From a bacterium (GTDB lineage: Bacteria > UBA8248 > JACPRG01 > G963555815), in the NCBI GenBank assembly GCA_965261595.1, contig CBDHDG010000006.1:1376001-1440000 (forward strand): 64,000 nucleotides of DNA, read 5' to 3'. Positions 30,782-40,576 of this stretch are shown here, one piece after another. The stretch's first letter is position 1. Every line of letters starts with the position of its first letter. The position numbers were made by a program, and so were the translations under genes. The notes under the pieces were generated by a model. It was not told the origin of the DNA. It made no database searches and worked only from the letters and a program-made list of their open reading frames with translations.

Positions 30782-31707
30782 CCGGCCGCGAGAAGCGCGG
30801 CTTCGTCGTCGTCGGGCTGGTGTTCGGCGCCGTCGCGTTCCTGCCGCTGCTAGACTCCGGGGTGTGGCTTTCCCTCGGGGTCGATCTCGCCATGTACACC
30901 GTGCTCGCGACCGCGTGGACATTGTTCTCAGGTCCGACACACTACATCTCGCTCGCCACCGCCGCCTTTTTCGGGCTCGGCATGTACGTGGTCGGCGGCG
31001 GCGTCGAGCTGTTGCCTTTTCCCGTCCTCGTACTGCTGGCGGCGATCGTCGGCGCGGCGCTGTCGGCGATCATCGGTCTGGCGACGCTCCGCATCTCGGG
31101 CGTCTACTTCGTCATCTTCACGCTGGGTCTCGCGGAGCTCATTCGCCAGATCGTAACCTGGGTGCAGACCACCATGGGGAGGAGCAGCGGGCTCTACGTC
31201 CTGACCAACATCACCGAGCCGATGATCTACTGGCAGCTTCTGGCGCTCGCGGCGCTGGTCTACCTGATCGGCTGGTGGATCGGACGGTCCCGGCTCGGGT
31301 TCGCGCTTCGCATCATCGGCAACGACGAGGTGGTCGCCGTCCACAGCGGCATCGACACCGCCCGCGCCAAGGTCCTGCTGTTCATCATCTCCGGCGCCAT
31401 CGCCTCGATCACCGGCGCGATCCTGGCGCCGCGCTGGACCTATATCGAGCCGACCATCGCCTTCAGCCCGATGATCTCCTTTCTGGTGGTCATCATGGCG
31501 CTGCTCGGTGGCGCCCACAGGCTTTGGGGACCCTTGGTCGGCGTGATTCCCTTCTATATGCTGTGGGACCTGATATCGGCCCACTTCCCCAATCAGACGA
31601 TGTTGGTGATGGGTGTCGCCTTCCTTCTCATCGTCTATCTCATCCCCAACGGCGTGGCCGGTCTGATCGAGAAATCGACGCATCGCCTCAAGCGGGGAGA
31701 CGGGTAG
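30778..31707 (+). CDS. livM: LivM-type ABC permease
   Basis: TTG start overlapping the livH stop; ISLATAAFFGLG, LRISGVYFVIFTL, LLGG...GP, PNGVAG. Confidence 0.85.
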   Translation: MTGREKRGFVVVGLVFGAVAFLPLLDSGVWLSLGVDLAMYTVLATAWTLFSGPTHYISLATAAFFGLGMYVVGGGVELLPFPVLVLLAAIVGAALSAIIGLATLRISGVYFVIFTLGLAELIRQIVTWVQTTMGRSSGLYVLTNITEPMIYWQLLALAALVYLIGWWIGRSRLGFALRIIGNDEVVAVHSGIDTARAKVLLFIISGAIASITGAILAPRWTYIEPTIAFSPMISFLVVIMALLGGAHRLWGPLVGVIPFYMLWDLISAHFPNQTMLVMGVAFLLIVYLIPNGVAGLIEKSTHRLKRGDG

Positions 31708-31711
31708 CGCC

Positions 31712-32446
31712 ATGGCCGGCGATCTCGCACTGAGCGTCAGCGATGTCACCAAGGCCTTCGGCGGCCTCGTGGCCGTCGATGCGCTGTCGTTCGATCTGGT
31801 CGAGCACGAGGTGCTGGGCCTGATCGGTCCCAACGGCTCGGGCAAGACCACGATGATGAACCTGATCTCCGGCGCGCTGAAGCTCGATTCGGGCCGCATT
31901 CATCTCTACGACCAGGAGATCTCCCGGTCTCCGGCCCGAGTCATCGCCCGGATGGGGGTCGCCCGCACCTTTCAGATCGTCCGCATGCTGCCGTCGCTGA
32001 CGGTGATCGAGAACGTCTCCGCCGCCGGCGTGTTCGGCCATCACCGGCGCTGGGGAAGGGAACTCGAGGACTACGCCCGCGGCCAACTGGCGCGCGTCGG
32101 CCTCGAAGGAGCGGAACACACCCCGGTGACCGCGCTGACCTACATCGACCAGAAACGGGTCGAGATCGCCCGCGCCTTGGCTTCGGATCCCAGGGTGCTG
32201 CTGCTCGACGAATGGCTCGCCGGACTGAACCCCACCGAGCTGAGGACCGGGATCTCCCTGGTCGAGACTTTGCGCGCCGAGGGACGGACGATCATCGTCG
32301 TCGAGCACGTGATGGACGCCATCCGCAGCCTGTGCGACCGTTGCGTGGTCATGAACAGCGGCACCAAGATCACCGAGGGCTCGCCCACCGACGTGCTGGC
32401 CGACGGCGAGGTGATCCGGGCCTATCTCGGGAACGATGATGCTTGA
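31712..32446 (+). CDS. livG: LivG-type ABC ATP-binding protein
   Basis: FGGLVAV, GPNGSGKTT, ARTFQ, LLLDE. Confidence 0.9.
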   Translation: MAGDLALSVSDVTKAFGGLVAVDALSFDLVEHEVLGLIGPNGSGKTTMMNLISGALKLDSGRIHLYDQEISRSPARVIARMGVARTFQIVRMLPSLTVIENVSAAGVFGHHRRWGRELEDYARGQLARVGLEGAEHTPVTALTYIDQKRVEIARALASDPRVLLLDEWLAGLNPTELRTGISLVETLRAEGRTIIVVEHVMDAIRSLCDRCVVMNSGTKITEGSPTDVLADGEVIRAYLGNDDA

Positions 32447-33146
32447 GATCAGCAATCTATCGGTGAATTACGGACTGCACCGGGTGCTCGAAGGCGTCTC
32501 CATCGGCGTCGAGCCGGGCGAGCTCGTCGTCATCCTGGGCACCAACGGTGCCGGCAAGACGACCCTTTTGAAGGCGGTCGGCGGCATCGTCCGGGCTCGC
32601 GAGGGCAGCTCGGTCACCATCGCCGGCGTCCCGATCACCAATCACCCGCTGCACCGGATCGTCGAGGCCGGCATCGCGCTGGTTCCGGAGGAGCGGGGCC
32701 TGTTCGGCGACCTCACGGTGCGCGAGAACCTCGAGCTCGGCGCCTTCGCGCGCCGGGCGCGGGAGACCGAAGCCAGGAACTTCGAGATGGTCCTCGGGCT
32801 GTTCCCGCGGCTCGCCGAGCGCAGCCGGCAGATCGCACGAACACTGTCGGGCGGCGAGCAGCAGATGGCGGCCATCGGCCGCGCGCTGATGTCGGCGCCC
32901 GATTTTTTGCTTCTCGACGAACCGTCGCTCGGGCTTTCCCCCATTCTGTGCACCGCTCTGTTCAAGGCGCTGAGGCGGGTGACCGAGACCGGCGTCGGCG
33001 TGCTGCTGGTCGAGCAGAACGCCAAGAGAAGCCTGGAGATCGCCGATCGCGGCTATCTTCTCAAAAATGGCCATGTCGTCGGTGAGGGCGCGGCCGATGC
33101 GCTGCGCAACGACGAGACCGTGCAGAGAGCCTACCTCGGGCTTTAG
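32436..33146 (+). CDS. livF: LivF-type ABC ATP-binding protein
   Basis: GTNGAGKTT, LSGGEQQM, LLDEPSLGL, VEQN. Confidence 0.9.
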   Translation: MMLEISNLSVNYGLHRVLEGVSIGVEPGELVVILGTNGAGKTTLLKAVGGIVRAREGSSVTIAGVPITNHPLHRIVEAGIALVPEERGLFGDLTVRENLELGAFARRARETEARNFEMVLGLFPRLAERSRQIARTLSGGEQQMAAIGRALMSAPDFLLLDEPSLGLSPILCTALFKALRRVTETGVGVLLVEQNAKRSLEIADRGYLLKNGHVVGEGAADALRNDETVQRAYLGL

Positions 33147-33152
33147 GCATCC

Positions 33153-33227
33153 GGCGATTGATGTTTCGCGAAAAACGGGATTGGATGACCGGAAAATCGA
33201 GGGCGCTTGTGTCCGGATGACATCTTG
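33153..33227 (+). ncRNA. Candidate fluoride (crcB) riboswitch, variant
   Basis: GGCGATTGATGTTTCGCG AAAAAC...GATGACATCT resembles GGCGATG-N-TCGCC...ATGAC-N-CT; GCGA/TCGC and GATGT/ACATC pairings; lies just upstream of crcB. Confidence 0.6.
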
Positions 33228-33235
33228 AGCATCCA

Positions 33236-33634
33236 ATGAGGAAGGGAGTTCACATGGGAAACATCTTGTGGGTGGGCCTGGGCGGATTCATCGGATCGAT
33301 TTTACGATATGCGGCGAGCGGATTCGTCAACTGGGTCGCTTTCGGAAGCATCTTCCCCTACGGGACCTTCATCGTCAACGTGGCGGGTTGTCTCGCCATC
33401 GGGCTCTTGGCGGGAATCGCGGAAACCCGGGGCGTCTTTTCCGAACAAACCAAGATGTTTCTTTTCATCGGGCTGATCGGCGGTTTTACGACGTTCTCGA
33501 CCTTCGCGTTCGAATCCCTTCAACTGCTCAAGGGATCTCAGGGCATGCTGGCGATGCTCAACCTGGTCTTTCAGTCCGTGCTCGGCTTGGGGGGCGTCTG
33601 GGCGGGTCAGACGATTTCGCGGCTCGGTTCCTAG
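33236..33634 (+). CDS. crcB: Fluoride efflux channel CrcB/FluC
   Basis: GGFIGSILRY, FPYGTFIVNVAG, GGFTTFSTF; start may be 33254. Confidence 0.95.
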   Translation: MRKGVHMGNILWVGLGGFIGSILRYAASGFVNWVAFGSIFPYGTFIVNVAGCLAIGLLAGIAETRGVFSEQTKMFLFIGLIGGFTTFSTFAFESLQLLKGSQGMLAMLNLVFQSVLGLGGVWAGQTISRLGS

Positions 33635-33694
33635 CCGACTGCCCGGGGCCGGCGGAGGGAGAGGGAGGGGAAGGGGCGTCCGGCGATCAGCGGC

Positions 33695-35070
33695 CTAATG
33701 CGATTGGCTTGCTTCGAGGTCCGGCCCCGTTTCCGATTCTCCGCTCCATGAACTGCGGGCCAGGACGGGAGAGTCGGGCGACTCCAATTCGGCCACCCGG
33801 CGGGCCGCGGCCGCCTGTTCCGCGTAAACCGGATCGAGGGGCGCCGGCTGGATGGGCCGGCGGGAATGGGCGGTCCGGTTCTCCGTGCCGGTCCCGGCAG
33901 GTTTCGGGATGGCCCAATTCGGGATGAAAAAGGACAGCACGCTCGTCACGACGCTTCCGGCGGTCTCGATGGTCTTGCGGAACGGCGTGTTCCGAACCCG
34001 AACCCAGTTGGAGTCCTGAATGCCCGTCACGGGAGAGTTCAGGTTGAACGCCAGGGGCAAGGCCAGGCCCTGATCGGCCGAGCCGGGCGAAAGCACCCGG
34101 GACCACGCGTCCCCGTAGGGAAGGATATCCATCACGTAGCTCAAGACCACCTGAGCGTTGTCGAACGTCTTCGTAACAAGCCGCTCCCCCTTCGGAAGGC
34201 TCCCGATGGTGGCGTCGGCAACCGCTTCCACCAGGTTCAGAACGCCCAAAACCCCGTCTTTCAACATATGCCCCACGGCCCGAGCGCCCCCGCCACCAGG
34301 TTGTTCACCAGGGCCTCGCCGAAGACCTTCTTGAAGAAGTGCTTGGTGCGCCCCCAGACCCCGACGGGGGCGGCTTCCCCTTCAGGGACATACGCACCGA
34401 ATGAGAGACCGCTCGCCATGTTCCGGAAAAACTTCCCGACGGTCCCCAACAGGCCGCTGTGGCGGCCGGACCCGATGCTCCCGTCGGCGGCCCGGTACTT
34501 GTATTCGGCCCCGGCGATAAAATTCTCGATCATGTTGATAAAGTTGCTGCCGGCATCCTTGAGATCCTTGCCGACCCGCTGGATGAACCCGGACGGCCCG
34601 TCCGGCTTGACGATGACATTCTTCGTCCGGTCCGTGTGATAGTGATCCCCCCCGGGATTGGCCAGAAGCTGGTCTTCTTTATACCGAGCGATCTGCTCCA
34701 TCAAACCCAGGGGGATTTTCGGTCCGACCATCGGCGGGGGCGGTCTCAGGTCCTGATTCAGGGATTCCCGAACGGCATGCTCAACCCCCCGGTCTATGTT
34801 GAAGCCCCGAACATCGGCCCTGGCGAGCTGGGTCCCGAAACTTGGAGCGGTGATGATCGCCTTGGAGATCATGGCCGAATCTCCGCCCTTCACACGGCCC
34901 AATTCCACAGCCAGGGCCTGCGAGAAGTGCGCCCGCGCGATCCTCGCGGCGGCCGACCGCTCCTGTCCCGGAACCAGCCCCGCACGCAAGTCGGAGAAGG
35001 CATCCTTCTTCCGGCCGAGAAGATAATCGGCTTGCGTCAGATTGGGGTCAATGCTGACCGGACCCGGCAT
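33695..35070 (-). pseudogene. Hypothetical protein split by a 1-bp frameshift near 34280
   Basis: Adding one G to the GGG run joins ...LVAGALGAVGHMLKDGVLG..., fusing ORFs 34261-35070 and 33695-34276. Confidence 0.55.
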
Positions 35071-35525
35071 TTATTTCCCCCTTATTCCGGCTCACGCTCC
35101 CTCACCAAGCGTCCAAAACCACCCGGTTTCCCTTGGCGGATGGGGAATCGGGCCGCATGACGCTTCGTCGGGAGGCGCTCCCCGCCCAGGTTCCCCCCGA
35201 CTCTTCTGTAGAAAAATGCACATTCGGCGCCACGTCGAAGGAGGGCGTATTCGGGGGATGAACACTTCCGCCTCGAAACCTCCGGGTCGTCCGCAAGGAG
35301 GCGTCCGCACTCCTTCAGCATCGCGCCGCGCCCCGGGGGGAATCGATGGCCGACCCGAGCCCTTCGCACGCCGGGCGGACGGGTGGACAAAGCCCGAAGT
35401 GGCCGCAGGCTTCGACGCCATAGGCCTCTGGATCTCCGCGGCCGTGAAGGGGCCGCTGGGTGACGGAGAGACACACATGAAACAGGATTCCCTCGACAAA
35501 CGAAACGGTCTTCTTCAAGAAAACC

Positions 35526-36968
35526 GAGCCTGTCCCATTCATAGTTGAAGGTTGAGAAAAAGAGGTGGCGGTTCACTCCTGCCGACTCGGTTAGAATCGG
35601 GTTGGCAAACATTCAAAGAGGAGGAACCGCCATGAGTGAAGCTTACCAGATCATCGAGAAGAAAGAGACCCAAAGGTTGGCCGCCTTTGTGGCGGAGCAC
35701 GGGCAGGCGTTTTTTCCTCTGGTGTCGCTGGTGGAGCAGTCCCAACTGGCGGTGGAGGACCTGATGGACGTCATGGGCCGGGCGGGCCTGGAGGCCGTGC
35801 TTTTGCTGTCGGCCAAGGGCTTGACGGGCGCGCCGCATCCAGGCAAGCGGGGTGGCGAGGTCCGCCGGCACGGCAGCCAGGGGGGCCGGGTGACCCTGAA
35901 GGGGCGCAAGCTGAAGGTGAGAAAGCCGCGGCTTCGCCGCCGGGGCCAGGGTCGGGGCGGGGAGGTGGAGGTGCCGGCGTATGCGGCCATGCAGGCCGAC
36001 CCCGGGCTGGGGGAGCGGATGCTGGATTTGCTGATGCGAGGGGTCTCGACGCGGAACTACGCGGCCGTTCTTCCCGAGCTGGCCGAGACGGTGGGGGTGT
36101 CGAAGTCGGCCGTGAGCCGGGAGAGCATCGAGGCGGCCGAGGCGAAGCTGCGGCGTCTTTGTGAGCGGCGTTTTGACGACATCGACCTCCTCATCCTCTA
36201 CCTGGACGGTCTGCGCTTCGGCGCGCATCACGTCATCGTGGCCGTTGGGGTGGACACACGGGGCCAAAAGCACGTTCTGGGCCTGAGGTCGGGCGCCACC
36301 GAGAACGCCACGGTCGTGACGGCGCTTCTTGAGGAGTTGGTGGAGCGCGGCGTGCGGCCCGGGCGGCGTCGGCTTTTCGTCATCGACGGCTCGAGGGTGC
36401 TTCGTGCGGCGATTGACCGGGTGTACGGGGACGACAATCCGGTGCAGCGGTGCCGCAACCACAAGGTGAAGAACGTGATGGACCACCTGCCCGAGGAGTT
36501 GAAGGACCCGGTGAAGGCGACGATGAAGGCGGCCTGGCGGCTGGCGCCGAAGGAGGGGATTGCCCGTCTGCGCAAGCAGGCCCGGTGGCTTTAGATCGAG
36601 CATCCGGACGCGGCCGCCAGCCTTTTGGAGGGTCTGGAGGAGATCTTCACCGTCAACCGCTTGGCTCTTCCGCCCGGCCTTCGGCGCTGCCTGGTGAGCA
36701 CGAACCTGATCGAGAGTCCCTGTTCGGGGGTGCGGATGCGCACCCGGCGCGTCGGCCGCTGGCGGGACGGGGCGATGGTGAAAAGGTGGGCCGCTTCCGC
36801 CTTCCTCGCCACCGAGAAGAACTTCCGTCGCCTGGACGGCTACCGGGACCTGTGGATCCTGAAGGCCGTTCTGGACGAGCCCCGCTTTGACACCCGAGAG
36901 GAGGTCGCATAAGGTGAACCACACACGGACCGCCGCCTCAAACCTTCAACTGAATTCGGGACACCCTC
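35526..36968 (+). mobile_element. IS256 family insertion sequence with 8-bp target duplication
   Basis: IRs GAGCCTGTCCCATTCATAGTTGAAGGTT / GAGGGTGTCCCGAATTCAGTTGAAGGTT; AGAAAACC at 35518-35525 and 36969-36976. Confidence 0.92.
35632..36912 (+). pseudogene. IS256 transposase with in-frame TAG at 36592-36594
   Basis: GVSTRNY, SKSAVSR, LYLDG, FVIDG, QRCRNHK, STNLIES; same frame either side of the stop. Confidence 0.9.
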
Positions 36969-37182
36969 AGAAAACCGGCTCACTCATTTCATCAGAGTCG
37001 CTGGATCGCATCCGGTTGACATCCCCGGACCCGTCCGCCTATCTTGGAGATCCAGCCGCTGATTCACCTCATTTCCATCCGGTCAAGGGCGAAGTGGGCG
37101 CCGGTCGCACCCCTTTTTTCGGCCGGGGCGGCGGGTTGCTTATGGAGATCGGCGGCGCGTCCGAGCGTTGCCGAGCCGATGA

Positions 37183-37659
37183 ATGAAAAAGGAGAAACGT
37201 GAGATGGTCATCAGAGCGGGTGAGCAAGCCCCGGCATTCACCGCCAAAGCAACGGGGGACCGGGAGATTTCCCTTTCGGATTACGCGGGCAAGAAGAACG
37301 TCATGCTGGCGTTCTTTCCCTTCGTCTTCAGCCCGGTCTGCTCCGAGCAGATTCCGGCTTATTCGGAAAACGCCCAAAGGTTCGCCGACCTCGACACTGA
37401 CGTCCTGGCCGTCAGCGTGGACAGCCCGTGGTCCCAGGGGGCCTGGGCGGAGCAGTACGGCATCCGGGCGCCCGTCCTGAGCGACTTCAGCAAGAAAATC
37501 GCGGGTGACTACGGCGTGATGCACGAGATGGGGATGTCCCAGCGGGCCATCGTCATCATCGACAAGAACGGCCGGGTGGCCTACGCGCACGTCCAGGAAG
37601 ACATCCGGACAATTCCCAGCCCGGACGAGATCTTCGCCGAGCTTGAAAAGCTGAAATAG
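37183..37659 (+). CDS. Peroxiredoxin (AhpC/TSA, AhpE-like 1-Cys)
   Basis: APAFT, FFPFVFSPVC, VSVDS, LSDF, RAIVIIDKNG. Confidence 0.9.
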   Translation: MKKEKREMVIRAGEQAPAFTAKATGDREISLSDYAGKKNVMLAFFPFVFSPVCSEQIPAYSENAQRFADLDTDVLAVSVDSPWSQGAWAEQYGIRAPVLSDFSKKIAGDYGVMHEMGMSQRAIVIIDKNGRVAYAHVQEDIRTIPSPDEIFAELEKLK

Positions 37660-37673
37660 AACGGAGGAACGAC

Positions 37674-38126
37674 TTGTCCGGCGAAGACCCCCAAGAGAAA
37701 CCCCCGAAGCGGCCGCCCTTTGTCGAGACCCTCCGCCCGGGGATGGAAGGCCGCGTCGAGCACGTTGTCGAGGAGCGCCACCTGGCCGACTCTCTCGGAA
37801 ACAAGGGCGCCAAGGTCCTGGCGACGCCCATCATCATCGGCTGGCTGGAAGACGTATCGTCCACGATCGTTCGACCCCACCTGCCTGAGAGGGTGCTGAG
37901 CGTGGGGACCCTGGTGAACGTCCGCCACTTGTCGGCTGCCCTGGCGGGATTCACCGTCGTCTTCCGGAGCCGCCTGCGGGAGGTGGACGGCCGGCGGCTT
38001 GTGTTCGATGTCGAGGCCCACGACGGTGTGGAGAAGGTGGCCGAGGGCGTCCACGAGCGGTTCATCGTGGATGAAGAGAAGTTCCTCGCCAAAGCGGCGA
38101 AGAAGCGGCCCGAAAGCAGGGAATAA
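37674..38126 (+). CDS. FlK-like hotdog thioesterase (fluoroacetyl-CoA thioesterase family)
   Basis: VLATP...LE, SVGT.VNVRH, FDVEAHDG...GVHERFIV. Confidence 0.85.
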   Translation: MSGEDPQEKPPKRPPFVETLRPGMEGRVEHVVEERHLADSLGNKGAKVLATPIIIGWLEDVSSTIVRPHLPERVLSVGTLVNVRHLSAALAGFTVVFRSRLREVDGRRLVFDVEAHDGVEKVAEGVHERFIVDEEKFLAKAAKKRPESRE

Positions 38127-38225
38127 ACTGGGCTTGCATTTGGTTGTAAGTCTGAGAAAATAGGTGGGAGGACAAATCCATGCTCTACTGTTTGAACTCC
38201 AAGGGGGAGGCGAAACAGGAATAAG

Positions 38226-38503
38226 ATGATCATCGCAGTCATTCTGTTGTTCGGCGCGGCCGTTATTGCGCCCGCGGGAATCGCCGTCGCCGGAGAATTC
38301 GGGGGGGGTGCGAGTTCGGGGCCTACAAGGCGCTCCAAGCCAAGAAGTCCGTCAAGGAGATCGAGAACACGTACGCGGGCATGGTCAAGGACGCCAAGCA
38401 CGACGGCAAGATTTCCGAAATCGAGCGTATCACGCTGGATTTCTACCGTCTGGACAACGGGGTGAGCCTCGCCAAAGCCAAGCGCATCGAAAACGACACC
38501 TGA
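38226..38503 (+). pseudogene. Small secreted protein frameshifted in a G8 tract (38301-38308)
   Basis: Signal peptide; G9 restores FGGGCEFGAYKALQAKKSVKEIENTYAGMVKDAKHDGKISEIERITLDFYRLDNGVSLAKAKRIENDT*. Confidence 0.65.
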
Positions 38504-38521
38504 TCCGACACACGGCTGGAG

Positions 38522-38559
38522 AATCCCCCCGCATCTTCCGGAAACGGGGGGATTTTTTT
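38522..38559 (+). terminator. Rho-independent terminator
   Basis: AATCCCCCCG...CGGGGGGATT followed by a T-run. Confidence 0.75.
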
Positions 38560-38669
38560 GTCGGCGCCGCTTGCCCCGCCGCGAAGGAATCCGTACATTG
38601 AAGAAGAGAAGGCAACGCGGCGATTCGGCGTCGCCGCCGGGAATGAGAACGAGGAGAAGGCCCGCCCTG

Positions 38670-39083
38670 ATGATTCCATGGTCGAGACGGTCCCTTTGCT
38701 TCGCCCTGCTGGGCCTTGCGGTTGCCCTTGGGGGAGGGGGATGCGGACTTTTCGGAAAAAAGAAGCCCAAGGAGACTGACGCCGAGTCCAAGGCGAAGGT
38801 CGCCATGAAGGTGGTCATCACGGCCCGCCGCTACGCCTTCCGGCCAAACATCATCCGCGTCAAACAAGGGGTCCCGCTGGAGATTTCGCTGAAAAGCGTG
38901 GACGTCCCCCACGGCTTCGGCATCCGGCGTCCGGGCCAAACCCGGAACTTCGGCGCGTTCGAGCCGGGCAAACCCCTTCGCGTCCTGATCCGGACGAACA
39001 AGAAAGAGGTCATCGAGTTCTTCAGCACGGTGTATAGCGGGGTGGATTACTACAAGATGAAGGGGAAGATCATTGTCGAGTGA
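38670..39083 (+). CDS. Lipoprotein with cupredoxin (CoxB/NosZ CuA-like) fold lacking Cys ligands
   Basis: Lipobox-like GGGC; FRPNIIRVKQG, SVDVPHGF, FFSTVYSGVDYYKMKGKIIVE. Confidence 0.7.
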   Translation: MIPWSRRSLCFALLGLAVALGGGGCGLFGKKKPKETDAESKAKVAMKVVITARRYAFRPNIIRVKQGVPLEISLKSVDVPHGFGIRRPGQTRNFGAFEPGKPLRVLIRTNKKEVIEFFSTVYSGVDYYKMKGKIIVE

Positions 39084-39717
39084 GGCGGACACCCTGGATT
39101 CCTCGCACCGGGCAAAGGACTCCGCTTTCCCGCAAGCCGCCCCGCCGCCGCCGCGGGCCACGCGGCGCGAGCGTCGGTTGCTGCGTCTGTTCGCGGCCGT
39201 TCCGCTGGTCTTCCTGCTGATCCTTGCCGGCTACGCCTGGATCGGCCGGGTCTCGGCCCCCCCCGCGCCCAAGGCGCACCCCCTCCGCGCCGGCGACAAA
39301 GCCCCCGCGTTCAAGTTTTCCGACTTGAGGGGGCGGACCGTTTCCCTCGAAGACTTCCGGGGCCGCGTCGTCTTTCTGAACATTTGGGCGACCTGGTGCC
39401 CGACGTGCACCTGGGAGATGCCTTCCATGGAAGCCCTCCACAGGCGATATCGCGACAAGGGGTTGGCCATGGTGGCGGTCAGCATCGACGCCCTGGGAAA
39501 GGAAATCGTCGTTCCCTACATGAAGAAGCTGAGACTGACCTTCGGCTCTCTTCTCGACCCGCGGGGGACCATCAAGGGGCTCTACCGGATCACGGGCGTG
39601 CCCGAGACCTTCATCATCGACCGGCAGGGAAAGATCCTCCGGAAAATCATCGGACCCCGCCAGTGGATGGACCCGGAAATGGTGAACTTCATGGAGATCG
39701 CCCTGCAGTCTTCCTGA
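39073..39717 (+). CDS. TlpA/ResA family thiol-disulfide oxidoreductase
   Basis: TM anchor; FLNIWATWCPTC..EMP, GVPETFIID. Confidence 0.9.
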   Translation: MSSEADTLDSSHRAKDSAFPQAAPPPPRATRRERRLLRLFAAVPLVFLLILAGYAWIGRVSAPPAPKAHPLRAGDKAPAFKFSDLRGRTVSLEDFRGRVVFLNIWATWCPTCTWEMPSMEALHRRYRDKGLAMVAVSIDALGKEIVVPYMKKLRLTFGSLLDPRGTIKGLYRITGVPETFIIDRQGKILRKIIGPRQWMDPEMVNFMEIALQSS

Positions 39718-39938
39718 CGCCGGGGAAGCCCGGCGCAACGGGCGGCGCGTCCGCTGACCGCCAGTGTCCGGCGCGGCTTTCGGGCGGCCCCATCGATCCT
39801 TGGGGACAACCTTTTCCCGAAACGGCGTTGAAATCCCCCCCCCCCCCTCGATCGCCGGGGTCCCCGCGGCGCTCCTCAAGGCGGCGTCGCGACAGATGAC
39901 CGGCCCCGATCCGCACACCTCTCAACCGGAGTGACGGC

Positions 39939-40562
39939 ATGAGCCAAGACCGCCTGGAGATCCTGGTCTATCACGATTATTGCTGACCCTGGTGCTGCAA
40001 TTCCGCCGTTCGGCTGGAACAGTTGAAGGAGAAATTCGGAGACCGCATCGACATTCAGCATCGGTGCTTCCTCCTGCGGGCCGAGCCGGACCCGACCGTT
40101 GTCTTCAACGACTACCGCCGCGGGCATTGGGAGCGGGCGGACACCCAGGGGGACGGCGGCACGTTCCGCGCCTGGCACAGCGACGCGCCCTTTCCCAGCC
40201 ACAGCCTCCCCTCGGCCGAGGCCTCCAAGTGCGCCGCCCTTCAAGGGGAAGAGGCGTTCCACCGATACCATTTCGCCCTCCTCAAGGCCATCTTCGAGGA
40301 CAGCCGCAACATCAGCGATCCCGACGTGCTGATCCGGATTGCCGAAGAGCAGGGCCTTGACGTTTCCCGCTTCAAAGAAAACCTGTTGAGCGGCTCACAA
40401 AAAGACAAGGTCCTGCGGGAACACATGGACGGGATCGAGCAATTCAGCGTCCAGGCCATTCCAACCGTCATCTTCGGGAGGAAGCAGGCCGTCGTGGGCG
40501 GCGTTCCGCGGGAGGAGTACGAGAAGGCCATCGAACTTATCCACGCGCCGTCGGGGACATAG
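39939..40562 (+). CDS. DsbA/FrnE family oxidoreductase, probable selenoprotein (Sec at TGA 39984-39986)
   Basis: MSQDRLEILVYHDYC-U-PWCCNSAVRL is in frame with ORF 40023-40562; cis-Pro motif AIPT; downstream hairpin TTCCGCC-GTTC-GGCTGGAA. Confidence 0.85.
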
Positions 40563-40576
40563 AGGGAGGCGCCGCC

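Noticed and set aside
9487..36594. Pyrrolysine or TAG recoding in the two transposases
   Set aside because: Both stops are explained by single GAG-to-TAG changes in IS elements, one of which has other lesions; many intact genes here end in TAG
37183..37659. Selenocysteine in the peroxiredoxin or TlpA
   Set aside because: The active-site codons are TGC
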